DNA of 64,000 nt from a virus (lineage: Duplodnaviria; Caudoviricetes), in IMG/VR virus record IMGVR_UViG_3300028197_001778, positions 364 to 64,363 of that record. One strand, 5' to 3'. The notes below the pieces were generated by a model, which searched no databases, had not been told where the DNA came from, and worked only from the letters and a program-made list of their open reading frames with translations. A program made the translations under genes and the position numbers. The stretch's first letter is position 1; each line of letters starts with the position of its first letter. Of this stretch, positions 50,691-60,252 are shown in pieces.

Positions 50691-53600
50691 GTGGTTGGTC
50701 CTGTAACATTATATAATAATATTTCTGATTGGGTATAGTTTGTAATCAAATTAAGTATATCCATTTTCAATAAGAATTTTTTAGATGTTCCTTGATAAAG
50801 TAATATTGTATTAATATTTTGTTTATTCTCTGAAGCTGTAAACTCTAGAACAGCTGGAAAAAGACTAATCTCTCCTGCTGCTTCTCCGGTTATTAATTCA
50901 GAAACAGTTTCATCTTCACCTTTATAATAATGACTAAAAGTAACTTTATAGTTGTCGTCTTCTGTTAAATTACCAAGATTAATAATTAAACTTGTAGCCT
51001 CGTCAGGTTTAATCTCTTGTAATTTATCTACAATATCAATTGTAATATCATTATTGGGCATAGCAACTTTACACAACTCAACTTCATTATAACTCACATA
51101 GTAGGAGACTTTATCTAAATCATCTGTAGCTGTCGGAGTAGGAGTACTGGTAGATACCGGAGTTGCTGTTCCTGTTATAGTCTGCGTTACAGAAGATGTG
51201 TAAGTTGGAGTATTTGTGTTGGTTGGGGTGACTGTTGGAGTGGCTGTATTGGTTGGTGTCTGCGTAGGTGTTGTTGTATTTGTTGGAGTTGGGGTTGGAC
51301 ACACCGTAGGATTTGTTATATATGCGTCACCAACATCAAAAGTTTCTGCTCCAAATCTTGCTATATATGTATCTATAATAGTAGCGGTCAAAGCACTAGC
51401 ATCTAAATCAGATCCTGATGCAAATCGAACACCATTAGGATTATCACCAGAACCGTTAATTACTACTCCATTATTGTTTTTAATTCTCAACCAAGTAGCA
51501 TCAGCATGAGTATTTGCAGTGTAGATCGGGGACTGTAACCCCGACAAATCACGCTCATCTTTCTGCAAATAGCTGTATTTTACCAATCCCGTAATCGTAG
51601 TCCTTGAGTTATTGTGCCAAGTCTCTGGTTCGGTTTCGTTGTATACAGTATTGATATCGTCAGAAATTAAAGGATTTTTATAAATAGCTAATAGGTTTGC
51701 TGGTAGAGGATGAACAGGATATTCCTCGGTTTGCCCGAGGTCTGGGTCTGTTAGTGTCATAGATCCTGTTTTATTCAAAGCCCCAGCTTGATTTAAAACA
51801 CTATAATCTAAAATACTTTTATTGTCAGAGGCAGCCAGAGTGGAGTATTTATTAATCTGGCTTTGAGTAATCAAGTTTGACAGGTCAGAACTGATAGTAG
51901 TGATAGCATATGTATCACCACCTACTCTTCCAACACCTTCTTGATCATATATTACATCTCCAGGTTGTGGTCTGTATCCATTAATTCTAGATTTTTGTTC
52001 AGCAGTATGTGAGCTAAGATTGTTAAGATTAAATTCTCCTATAAATACAGAATCCCAGAACACATCGAATCTCGCGCGACCACAGGAATGTCCTCCTGAA
52101 GTAGGAGCTTTTCTGTTATTGCTAATGTTTAAAGAATAACTATCGTAGTTATCATCATCATATATCATCTCAACACTATAATCAACGAGTCTAAGTCTAC
52201 CAGGAATTAATATTCCTCCCAGAGCTTCTTGCTCTAAAACCTCATTAATTTGATAAAGACTTCCGTTAGATGTGTCTTGCAGATACAGAACATTAACAGA
52301 AGAATCGACACCACTCAATAAATCTCTTAAGTCACTAAACTTCCATGTGTTTTCTTCGCCATCTTTGTAAATCTTATCTCCTTCAGCAAAAACCTGCTCA
52401 TTTCTTTTAAACACTTCTATCGTTGCGAACCCTGTGTCTGTTACACAGAAACCGTTGAGATTATCAGAAACTCTAAAGGTAGCAGTAAATAGGTTTTGAG
52501 TAGGAGTAAAAGACGCAGTGTTAGTTACTGTAGGCGTATTAGTCGCAGTCGGAGTAGGTGTCGGACAAACTGTTTCTTTAACAGCAATAACTGCATAGCC
52601 GTTAGAACCCTTAGAAACATGGAAAATAGTTGTAGAGAAAATCGTGGTGTTAGATTGTCTTATGTATACCTTACTAGGTAAAGACCCACTATTCGTTATC
52701 TTTCCTTCTGTATCAGTTTGAGCTAGTCCTATTGCTATTAAAATGTCATCATAATTGTATGGATTGAATACAACATCTTTATATAAAACAGAACCCACAT
52801 CAGTGGTTCCTTCTTGATAATAAATGTACATTTGACCCAACGGACTGCTATAGCAAAGTCCTTCTTTTGTCTCGTCTACGTTCCAAAGTGTTTCATCAAA
52901 AAAGTCTGTTGCACTAGGGGTGACTGTCGCTGTATTAGTAGGCGTACTTGTATTAGTAGCGGTAACGCTTGGCGTAAGAGTATTTGTTGCTGTATTGGTA
53001 GGTGTAGCCGTTGCACTGCTGGTGTATGTTGGAGTGTTTGTTGCGGTACTAGTAACTGTAGATGTAGCAGTTGATGTTGGGGTTTGTGTTATTTTAGGAG
53101 TTTCTGTAGGACAAACTAAATACTCTACTACATAACTATCTGGTTCTGTATTTTTATCCCCCCTGAGATTATCAATATCAGAAGATAAACTATCTGTCTC
53201 ACTTTCATTAATCTTTCTGATTTTTGCTATAATGTTCTCATTAGGTTTCTTAATAAATAATTCTTCAGCGTCTGAATTTACTATATTTTGAAGCTCTTCG
53301 AAATCCCAACGAGATAATTTATTATCTTTAATTCTTTTTAGTACTTCGTTAAACTGTAGAAGATTATTCCTATCTGCTATATCTATAGACTGAATACCTG
53401 TATAGGTAGGAGTAGGGGTAGGAGTACTCGTTATTGTGCCTGTAATAGTATTAGTAGGCGTAGAAGTAGTCGTTGTTGTATTTGTTGGAGTAGGAGTAAC
53501 TAATACCACTTCTGAACAGTCGATAGCTACAGAGTCGTTTATGTCATTACTAACGTATTGATTTGTAGAAGTGTCTAGAGTTAACAGATCAGACTGTATA

Positions 53601-53866
53601 ATAAAATATCTGGCTTTTTTTAATACAGCATTAATTATAAACTGATGATCAGAGCCGTCACTTTCAAAATTATATATTTCTGGAGTTATATTAACTATGC
53701 TATCATCAACATTAGAAACATATGTTGTAACAATTCTATATTTAGAACCTCTAACCAGATTAGCTAATTGCAAAGTTAGGTCCACACCATTATGGCAAGC
53801 TAAAGCTGTCGCTGTTGTTTTTACTAAAGCTTTATTTTGTGAATTAATGAATTGTAAAGAAGCCAT
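50687..53866 (-). CDS. TP-linker array protein (3 middle domains, insert of about 300 aa)
   Basis: CHNG...VAIDC; three modules ending VCP; YYVSYNEVELC before the C-domain. Confidence 0.8.
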   Translation of the reverse strand: MASLQFINSQNKALVKTTATALACHNGVDLTLQLANLVRGSKYRIVTTYVSNVDDSIVNITPEIYNFESDGSDHQFIINAVLKKARYFIIQSDLLTLDTSTNQYVSNDINDSVAIDCSEVVLVTPTPTNTTTTTSTPTNTITGTITSTPTPTPTYTGIQSIDIADRNNLLQFNEVLKRIKDNKLSRWDFEELQNIVNSDAEELFIKKPNENIIAKIRKINESETDSLSSDIDNLRGDKNTEPDSYVVEYLVCPTETPKITQTPTSTATSTVTSTATNTPTYTSSATATPTNTATNTLTPSVTATNTSTPTNTATVTPSATDFFDETLWNVDETKEGLCYSSPLGQMYIYYQEGTTDVGSVLYKDVVFNPYNYDDILIAIGLAQTDTEGKITNSGSLPSKVYIRQSNTTIFSTTIFHVSKGSNGYAVIAVKETVCPTPTPTATNTPTVTNTASFTPTQNLFTATFRVSDNLNGFCVTDTGFATIEVFKRNEQVFAEGDKIYKDGEENTWKFSDLRDLLSGVDSSVNVLYLQDTSNGSLYQINEVLEQEALGGILIPGRLRLVDYSVEMIYDDDNYDSYSLNISNNRKAPTSGGHSCGRARFDVFWDSVFIGEFNLNNLSSHTAEQKSRINGYRPQPGDVIYDQEGVGRVGGDTYAITTISSDLSNLITQSQINKYSTLAASDNKSILDYSVLNQAGALNKTGSMTLTDPDLGQTEEYPVHPLPANLLAIYKNPLISDDINTVYNETEPETWHNNSRTTITGLVKYSYLQKDERDLSGLQSPIYTANTHADATWLRIKNNNGVVINGSGDNPNGVRFASGSDLDASALTATIIDTYIARFGAETFDVGDAYITNPTVCPTPTPTNTTTPTQTPTNTATPTVTPTNTNTPTYTSSVTQTITGTATPVSTSTPTPTATDDLDKVSYYVSYNEVELCKVAMPNNDITIDIVDKLQEIKPDEATSLIINLGNLTEDDNYKVTFSHYYKGEDETVSELITGEAAGEISLFPAVLEFTASENKQNINTILLYQGTSKKFLLKMDILNLITNYTQSEILLYNVTGPTT

Positions 53867-53877
53867 AATAATTTAAC

Positions 53878-54753
53878 CTATAAACACGTTAATATAAAAA
53901 ATTCACTATGATTCAATGAGGTGGTAATATTTTTTAAAGAAAATTTAATAATCAATATATCAGTACCAGAATATTCTATTACAGTTTCAACATTCCTCTC
54001 CTCTTCTCTAGCAACAAAAATGTCTGAAGTAGGAGCCAATTTTGTATTTCCCTTATGATCTGGTAAATATACAGAAAATTCATATTTATACTTGTTATTA
54101 ATCGTAAGTCCTTGCAAGTCTAGTTGCAATAAATTATCTTCGTTACTGCAATTTATTGTAGTTATTGGTTTATTTTTTAAGGTGTACAAAAGATTCTCTG
54201 GATATAATTGACACAAGAATTCAGCATCGGCTGCTAATTGATATGTTTCGTTAGTCATCCTAGAAGATGTTATTGAAGGAGTCGGGGTGTTGGTTGGAGT
54301 TTCTGTAACTGTTGGTGTGACTGTTGGGGTCGTTGTTGGAGTCATTGTGTTGGTAATAGTAGATGTATTTGTATTCGTAGGAGTAGGGGTAAGCAAAGGA
54401 GCTACCCCTAAACAGTCTACAATTACGCTATCATTATCTAAAACAGTAGACCCTGTTTTAAGATTTAAATTAATAATAAAATATTGAGCAGATTGAACTC
54501 TGATTGATATATCTCTTACTATAACACTAACTTCATCTGTAGTATTCACATTTGTTATTTCAGAATTGATTTCTACAAAACCGTCTGTTGATACGGCAGA
54601 TGTTTCTATTACATAACTGGTATCTTTTTCTAAATTGTTTAATCTAACAGTTAAGTTAACTCCTGTGGTACATTCACTAATATTTTCTACTACTATTTTA
54701 TTAGTTTGTTCTTCAGTAGTTAAGTCTATTATTGTTATTCTTTCATCAGCCAT
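53878..54753 (-). CDS. TP-linker array protein (no middle domain)
   Basis: Start taken at ATG 54753 just after the upstream stop; CTTG...VIVDC; YQLAADAEFLC...FFILTC. Confidence 0.78.
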   Translation of the reverse strand: MADERITIIDLTTEEQTNKIVVENISECTTGVNLTVRLNNLEKDTSYVIETSAVSTDGFVEINSEITNVNTTDEVSVIVRDISIRVQSAQYFIINLNLKTGSTVLDNDSVIVDCLGVAPLLTPTPTNTNTSTITNTMTPTTTPTVTPTVTETPTNTPTPSITSSRMTNETYQLAADAEFLCQLYPENLLYTLKNKPITTINCSNEDNLLQLDLQGLTINNKYKYEFSVYLPDHKGNTKLAPTSDIFVAREEERNVETVIEYSGTDILIIKFSLKNITTSLNHSEFFILTCL

Positions 54754-54754
54754 T

Positions 54755-56347
54755 TTAAGTCTCACATGTTAATGTAAGTGGATCACTGTTTGTGGTTAAA
54801 TTTTCAAATTCATCTGTTGTAGTCAATGTTAATACAAGCCTATTGTCTGATATTTTTATGTTTGAAATAAGCAATTCGATACTTTCAGTAGCAGATTTAC
54901 CATAAAAATATCCAGAACTTGGAGATATATCACATTCTTTTATTACTCCAACATCTTCTATATCAAAGCTTCTAGACGCAACACTCCAAGAATATCTTCT
55001 GTTGTCTGACTTAATATTATTGTATCTTAATATACATATTTGTTGAGAACTAGAACAATTAATAAGTTTATCAAGAGGTTCTTCTATAACTATATTATAA
55101 GGACTCACATCTGTAGGTGTCACAGTTGGAGTTCCTGTAAGAGTAGGCGTGTTTGTCGAGGTTGGTGTGGGTGTGATATTTGGGGTGTCTGTATTTGTCT
55201 GTGTTTGAGTTGGAGTTTGAGAATTGGTAGTAGTACTGGTAAATGTATTAGTTGGTGTTGTAGTAGGTGTCTTCGTATTTGTAGGAGTTGTTGTAGAAGT
55301 TGACGTTACAGTTGGTGTTTTGGTGGTGGTCGGAGTACTTGTTATTGTATTGGTATTGGTTGGGGTATTGCTAATTGTGGGCGTAGGAGTAACTAGTGCA
55401 GTTTCTGTCGGAGTATTAGTATTTGTAGGAGTATTACTTATTGTTTGAGTGAGTGTGGGAGTATTACTCGCAGTAGGTGAAAGAGTGTAAGTTTGGGTTT
55501 TAGTTGGTGTTTTGGTGGGTGTGTGTGTGGTAGTAGCAGTATTCGTGGGAGTTGTTGTGGGTGTAGCTGTTTGTGTCGGTGTGTTAGACGCAGTGCTCGT
55601 ATTAGTTAAAGTGTTTGTGGGAGTATTGGTGTTTGTAGGAGTAACAGTAGGTGTTTTAGTTGGTACAAGCAGGTAATCTACGACTTTAGCGTTAACACCA
55701 TCAAATTCTATTTTTTTAATTAAATTTTCATCTGGTTTTCTCAAGTATAGAAAATCATCTTCTAATGTCATAAATGGCAATACGGCAATCAATTCGCTTT
55801 TAGTCCAAGAGGTTTTATCTAGCTGTAATACTAGCTCATCTTTTTCTAAATTAACATTATCATCAAAAACTTTAATAGAAGCTTGGCTATTTGTTGGTGT
55901 GACAGTAGGGGTGGAGGTTGATGTAACTGTTGGAGTATTAGTGTTTGTAGGGGTGGGAGTTAATAAAGGACTAGACCATTCCCCTTCGATCACGTAACCA
56001 AATTGTGTAGAAGTTATATTAGATGCTTCTAGATTTTCTGCGTTGCGTAAAGCAAGTCTAAATATATGGCCTACAGTTTGTTGCAACCTTATATCAAAAG
56101 TAAAAGAATATTCGCTAGTACCTTTGGGTATTGTATAAAAAGAAGGAATGAATTCATCATCAAATGTTTTACCGGGCACAGAACCCAACTGATTTCCCTC
56201 ATCAATAAGTTCTAAACGATGAATTATTTCAGTATTTAGACCTGTGACAACACCTGTAATCGAAAGACCACTAATAGCTTCGCTTTCACTTATATCGGGA
56301 ATGAATCCACCATCTGCGATTCCGTTGATTGTTATTGAAGTACTCAT
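54755..56347 (-). CDS. TP-linker array protein with a long TP tract
   Basis: Start taken at the ATGA overlap 56347; IKVFDD...[12 protein letters not shown]...DYLLVP; ends LTLTCET. Confidence 0.78.
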   Translation of the reverse strand: MSTSITINGIADGGFIPDISESEAISGLSITGVVTGLNTEIIHRLELIDEGNQLGSVPGKTFDDEFIPSFYTIPKGTSEYSFTFDIRLQQTVGHIFRLALRNAENLEASNITSTQFGYVIEGEWSSPLLTPTPTNTNTPTVTSTSTPTVTPTNSQASIKVFDDNVNLEKDELVLQLDKTSWTKSELIAVLPFMTLEDDFLYLRKPDENLIKKIEFDGVNAKVVDYLLVPTKTPTVTPTNTNTPTNTLTNTSTASNTPTQTATPTTTPTNTATTTHTPTKTPTKTQTYTLSPTASNTPTLTQTISNTPTNTNTPTETALVTPTPTISNTPTNTNTITSTPTTTKTPTVTSTSTTTPTNTKTPTTTPTNTFTSTTTNSQTPTQTQTNTDTPNITPTPTSTNTPTLTGTPTVTPTDVSPYNIVIEEPLDKLINCSSSQQICILRYNNIKSDNRRYSWSVASRSFDIEDVGVIKECDISPSSGYFYGKSATESIELLISNIKISDNRLVLTLTTTDEFENLTTNSDPLTLTCET

Positions 56348-57270
56348 TCGGGACACCTGTATATAAAATAATTATTTTCTTTAGTGTTATTGCTTAAGTC
56401 TTCTATACCAAATTTTACAACGAAAACACTAACTGATTCTATTATATTGATTAGGTTTAGAAAATCTACTGATGGGTCTGTAGCTGTAAAGGTCTCTAAT
56501 CTCTCGTCTAGTGAAATTTTACTAGATAAAGATTTTGAATACAATTGATAACCAACCCTATACTGATTTCCTGATACGAAACCGGAGACTCTTACTGCTA
56601 GAGGAATAGTAGAAGGACAAGATGATAAATTTTCCTGATAACCTGAATAATCTAGTTTAAATTTGTTTAAGTCGTCTGAAATCTGATACACAGAATCAAA
56701 ATTTGTATTTGCTAAATATGTTAATACTTCCGGAGTAGTACTAGGAGTATATGTCGGAGTTTGCGTATAGGTCGGAGTTTGTGTGGTTGTTGTTGTATTA
56801 GTTGGAGTTTGCGTAGGAGTGTTGGTAAGTGTGTTAGTTATTGTGGCTGTATATGTCGGAGTGTTAGTGGGTGTAGGACTAGGCGTAGCACTAGGAGGTA
56901 TCGGGTTGTAAGTAATCGTAGCAAGATCAGAGGGGTTATTTATATTTTTCCCCGGAATTGATCCGTCCTTCCCTTGTATCCACGCTAATAATTCTATAAT
57001 ATCCAAAACAGTAGGATATTGTATATCTTGCCCAATTGAAGGAAGAGTTTTAATATTGCACAAACGCCTAAATTCTAAAGGAACTATATCCAACCATTGT
57101 TTTGGAGTGCTGTCTATCACTGCATATTTACCATCTCCGTCTTGTATAACATCCAATAGGGTTAGTATGTCAAAAACATCAAGCTGAGGCAAACCATCAG
57201 CATTTGTAAAATCAGCAGCAACGTTACCATAGTAATATACAGGACCAGGTCCCAAGTCGTAATCAGCCAT
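56344..57270 (-). CDS. TP-linker array protein with N-terminal dockerin-like region
   Basis: YGNV..D...DG...[12 protein letters not shown] and [15 protein letters not shown] twin helices; C-domain ends YFIYRC. Confidence 0.7.
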   Translation of the reverse strand: MADYDLGPGPVYYYGNVAADFTNADGLPQLDVFDILTLLDVIQDGDGKYAVIDSTPKQWLDIVPLEFRRLCNIKTLPSIGQDIQYPTVLDIIELLAWIQGKDGSIPGKNINNPSDLATITYNPIPPSATPSPTPTNTPTYTATITNTLTNTPTQTPTNTTTTTQTPTYTQTPTYTPSTTPEVLTYLANTNFDSVYQISDDLNKFKLDYSGYQENLSSCPSTIPLAVRVSGFVSGNQYRVGYQLYSKSLSSKISLDERLETFTATDPSVDFLNLINIIESVSVFVVKFGIEDLSNNTKENNYFIYRCPE

Positions 57271-57283
57271 TGTTTAACAGATC

Positions 57284-58801
57284 CTAACTTGTGCTATAGA
57301 CATTAGTGTATTGATTATTGTTCCCATCTGCCAAAAGAATATTTAGGGGCGCAGCATTATTCAAGTTACTAGATGCTGCATTAAACTCTGTTATGACTTC
57401 CAAAAAACTTTCCTTATCAAAAGTAATACTTCCACCAGCAAAAACTATATTAGAACTACCATTATCACATATTTGAAAACCACCGTCATTTAATGATGCT
57501 GGAAAAGTACTAATAATTGAACTAGGTGTGAGAGTAATCTGATTGTTTAAATCTATTTGACCACCCGCAATAGTTGTGTCACTACCAGGAGGTATAAAAT
57601 TAAACAAACTTATAATATTACTTAACGTTCCATCATTATTAAGTTTAAAAGCCATGTCTTTTAAGGTGTATTCAGCGTCACGATCAGTTATTTTAAAGTT
57701 TTTAATCGATGCTGTTGCAGTGTTTGTAGATGCTGGGTCATAACCAATAGTAAATTTAATCTTGTCTACATCTGATATATTAAATAAAGCGGTATTATTA
57801 GCAATAAGAAAACCCCGATCACCTACTAAACTAGGATTTAAAAACAACCCTGTAGTAATGTCAGGTTCTGAAACAACAATTGGATTTCCAGTAACTAATT
57901 TTACATTATTAAAATTAATCTCTATACTATTTACACTACCATCGGTATTACTAGCAGGAGGTTTCAAAAATGCTGTGCTAACACTACAAGTAACTTTGTT
58001 GTTAATGGTATCAAAACTTAAACTGAAAGGAGTTTTCTGGAAAACATCTATAGGTGTAGGAGTAGGAGTGCTGGTATTGGTAACCGTTTGTGTTAATGTG
58101 GGCGTAGGACTAGGAACTATTAAGTAATCTGTTACTTCAGCATCAAGATCAGAATTAATTTCTACAACCTTAATTAAATCTTCTCCGGGTTTTCTAATAT
58201 ATACTTTACCACCAGAATCTAAAGAAACAGGAAGTTCGACTTCTACAAAAGAATCTCCTCTTAATTCAAATACAACCTCTCCTTTTTCTAAAACCTCGTT
58301 AAGATTAAAAAGATCTATTTGAGCAATTTCTGTTACTGTTGGAGTTGGAGTTAAAAATGGAACAACACTATCGCATTGAACAAAAAAAGTGTACACGTTA
58401 GGACCGTTACCATTTGGTGTCCCGGAAGTTTTCCCTGTAAGTTCATATGTAGAATCAGAAGCTCCTCTATTCTTTTTCTCTAATTTATACCCAAACTTAT
58501 AGAGAGAGTCGTTTTGCAATCTTATCTTATATGTAAAATCTTTACTGGTAACGCTACTACTTGCTGTGAAAGAAGGTAACGAAGCTGGTAAAGCAGCCTC
58601 TGTCGAACCTGTACTAGGAAATAACAACATTGTTGGCTGATCATCAGATAGTCCTCCTTCAGAAAGTAGTGGAACTACTGTTAATCTATAGTCCTTGTTT
58701 CTTTCTAATCCTAAAAGATTAACAGAAACATCGATACCATCGAAACAATTTTGTGTTGTACTAGTAAAAATTGGTGTTGGTATATTAACATGTTCTGACA
58801 T
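57284..58801 (-). CDS. TP-linker array protein with C-terminal tandem cohesin-like domains
   Basis: CFDG...FFVQC; middle domain VYIRKPGEDLIK; the usual C-domain is replaced by two beta-sandwich-like units (VNSIEINF...ITDRD; IAGGQIDL...LLADGN). Confidence 0.7.
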   Translation of the reverse strand: MSEHVNIPTPIFTSTTQNCFDGIDVSVNLLGLERNKDYRLTVVPLLSEGGLSDDQPTMLLFPSTGSTEAALPASLPSFTASSSVTSKDFTYKIRLQNDSLYKFGYKLEKKNRGASDSTYELTGKTSGTPNGNGPNVYTFFVQCDSVVPFLTPTPTVTEIAQIDLFNLNEVLEKGEVVFELRGDSFVEVELPVSLDSGGKVYIRKPGEDLIKVVEINSDLDAEVTDYLIVPSPTPTLTQTVTNTSTPTPTPIDVFQKTPFSLSFDTINNKVTCSVSTAFLKPPASNTDGSVNSIEINFNNVKLVTGNPIVVSEPDITTGLFLNPSLVGDRGFLIANNTALFNISDVDKIKFTIGYDPASTNTATASIKNFKITDRDAEYTLKDMAFKLNNDGTLSNIISLFNFIPPGSDTTIAGGQIDLNNQITLTPSSIISTFPASLNDGGFQICDNGSSNIVFAGGSITFDKESFLEVITEFNAASSNLNNAAPLNILLADGNNNQYTNVYSTS

Positions 58802-58809
58802 TTTTTATC

Positions 58810-60252
58810 CTAACTTGAACACCTGTAAATGAAATGCTGACTATGATTTATCCCATCCGTTACATTGTTTAATGTAAATTTGACAACATATGGACTACCA
58901 CTACTATTTGTAATACTAACAACAGAGTTGAACGTATAAGTGTCTATCAAAGCTGTAAAATTTTGATTAAGAGCATCACTGTCTGGTCCTTCTAAAACGG
59001 CTATTTTATCAGAATGATTGACGCTATATATCTCAAAATCTGCAAAGTATGTTTTTCCTAATATCAAGTTAGAAGCTGATAATGACAATATTTTTGCACC
59101 CGGACAAGATACCGTATAATCACTTCCTGTATTTATATTTACACCTACGCTGTGAGGATTGCTTCTATCTGGAACACGACTATAAAGGTCTGTAGAATTG
59201 CTTTGTACATAGTACTTTTGTAAATTCGGCGTATCTGAAGGAGTATTTGTTGGAGTAGGTGTTTTATTTGGGGTGTCCGTGTGTGTAGGAGTTTGAGAAG
59301 TAGTGGTTGTGTTAGTAGGGGTATTTGTAGGTGTTTCTGTGTTGGTAGGTGTTACAGTAGGAGTTTGGGTACTGGTTTGGGTACTGGTGATAGTTTGTGT
59401 GGGTGAAAATGTTAGTGTTATAGTGACAGTAGGTGTTGAAGTAGAAGTATATGTTGGCGTATTGGTCGGTGTTTCACTATGTGTTGGTGTGTTGGTAGGT
59501 GTTGCACTACGAGTAGGAGTATTTGTGGGGGTTTCACTATGTGTAGGAGTAGGGGTTTGACTAGGAACTAACAAGAAATCGGTTAATATAGCATTACTAC
59601 TACCATCTATTTCCACAACTTTAATAAGATCTTCTCCCATTTTTCTTAAGAAAACCTTACCATCTGAATTCAAAGTCTGTATAGCTTCAACCTCAGTCTG
59701 TGACCAAGTATCACCTACAGCCTGCAATAATACCTCGTCCTTTTCCAAAGTTCTGTCTATATCGACAACACATAATTTAGTAGGAGGAGTTCTACTCGGA
59801 GTAATTGTCGGAGTAGATGTATTTGTTGACGTTATTGTATGTGTAGGAGTAACGGTATTAGTCGGGGTAGTAGTGGAAGTAGGCGTAGTGGTAGGAGTTA
59901 AGAATAAAGGTGCTGTTCCGCAATTAATAGAAAACTGTTCTGTCAGACCATTTAGAATACTGCTATTTCTAAAAAGTTTAGCATTAAAAATAGTAGATAT
60001 ATTACCTTGTAATTTAATATTAAATGTTGATGTCGTATTAGTTACTGTTTGTGAAGCAGGAATAACTACTTCTGAAGGAGATATTACGCTGGTTTCATTT
60101 GTCTCTCCAGAGTTAGACACTTCTTCAATTTTTAAGGTATAAATATCTGAAGGGTTTAAATCAGATAATGTTATGACAAAATCAATACCATTTAAACAGG
60201 TCGTTGCGTCAGACTGTATAAAGTTGGATTGTAAATTTAAAGCTTCTGCCAT
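58810..60252 (-). CDS. TP-linker array protein
   Basis: Start taken at the TAATG overlap 60252; CLNG...FSINC; KLCVVD...DFLLVP; ends HFIYRCSS. Confidence 0.8.
   Translation of the reverse strand: MAEALNLQSNFIQSDATTCLNGIDFVITLSDLNPSDIYTLKIEEVSNSGETNETSVISPSEVVIPASQTVTNTTSTFNIKLQGNISTIFNAKLFRNSSILNGLTEQFSINCGTAPLFLTPTTTPTSTTTPTNTVTPTHTITSTNTSTPTITPSRTPPTKLCVVDIDRTLEKDEVLLQAVGDTWSQTEVEAIQTLNSDGKVFLRKMGEDLIKVVEIDGSSNAILTDFLLVPSQTPTPTHSETPTNTPTRSATPTNTPTHSETPTNTPTYTSTSTPTVTITLTFSPTQTITSTQTSTQTPTVTPTNTETPTNTPTNTTTTSQTPTHTDTPNKTPTPTNTPSDTPNLQKYYVQSNSTDLYSRVPDRSNPHSVGVNINTGSDYTVSCPGAKILSLSASNLILGKTYFADFEIYSVNHSDKIAVLEGPDSDALNQNFTALIDTYTFNSVVSITNSSGSPYVVKFTLNNVTDGINHSQHFIYRCSS

Noticed and set aside
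40203-58801. Host assignment from dockerin-, cohesin- and FGE-like domains (e.g. Planctomycetota or Marinimicrobia)
   Set aside because: These domains are widespread and mobile; a host cannot be inferred without phylogeny or spacer matches.
59471-59544. Direct repeat gtttcactatgtgt at 60 bp spacing
   Set aside because: A local duplication within a TP tract (THSETPT twice); no sign of an att site or mobile element.
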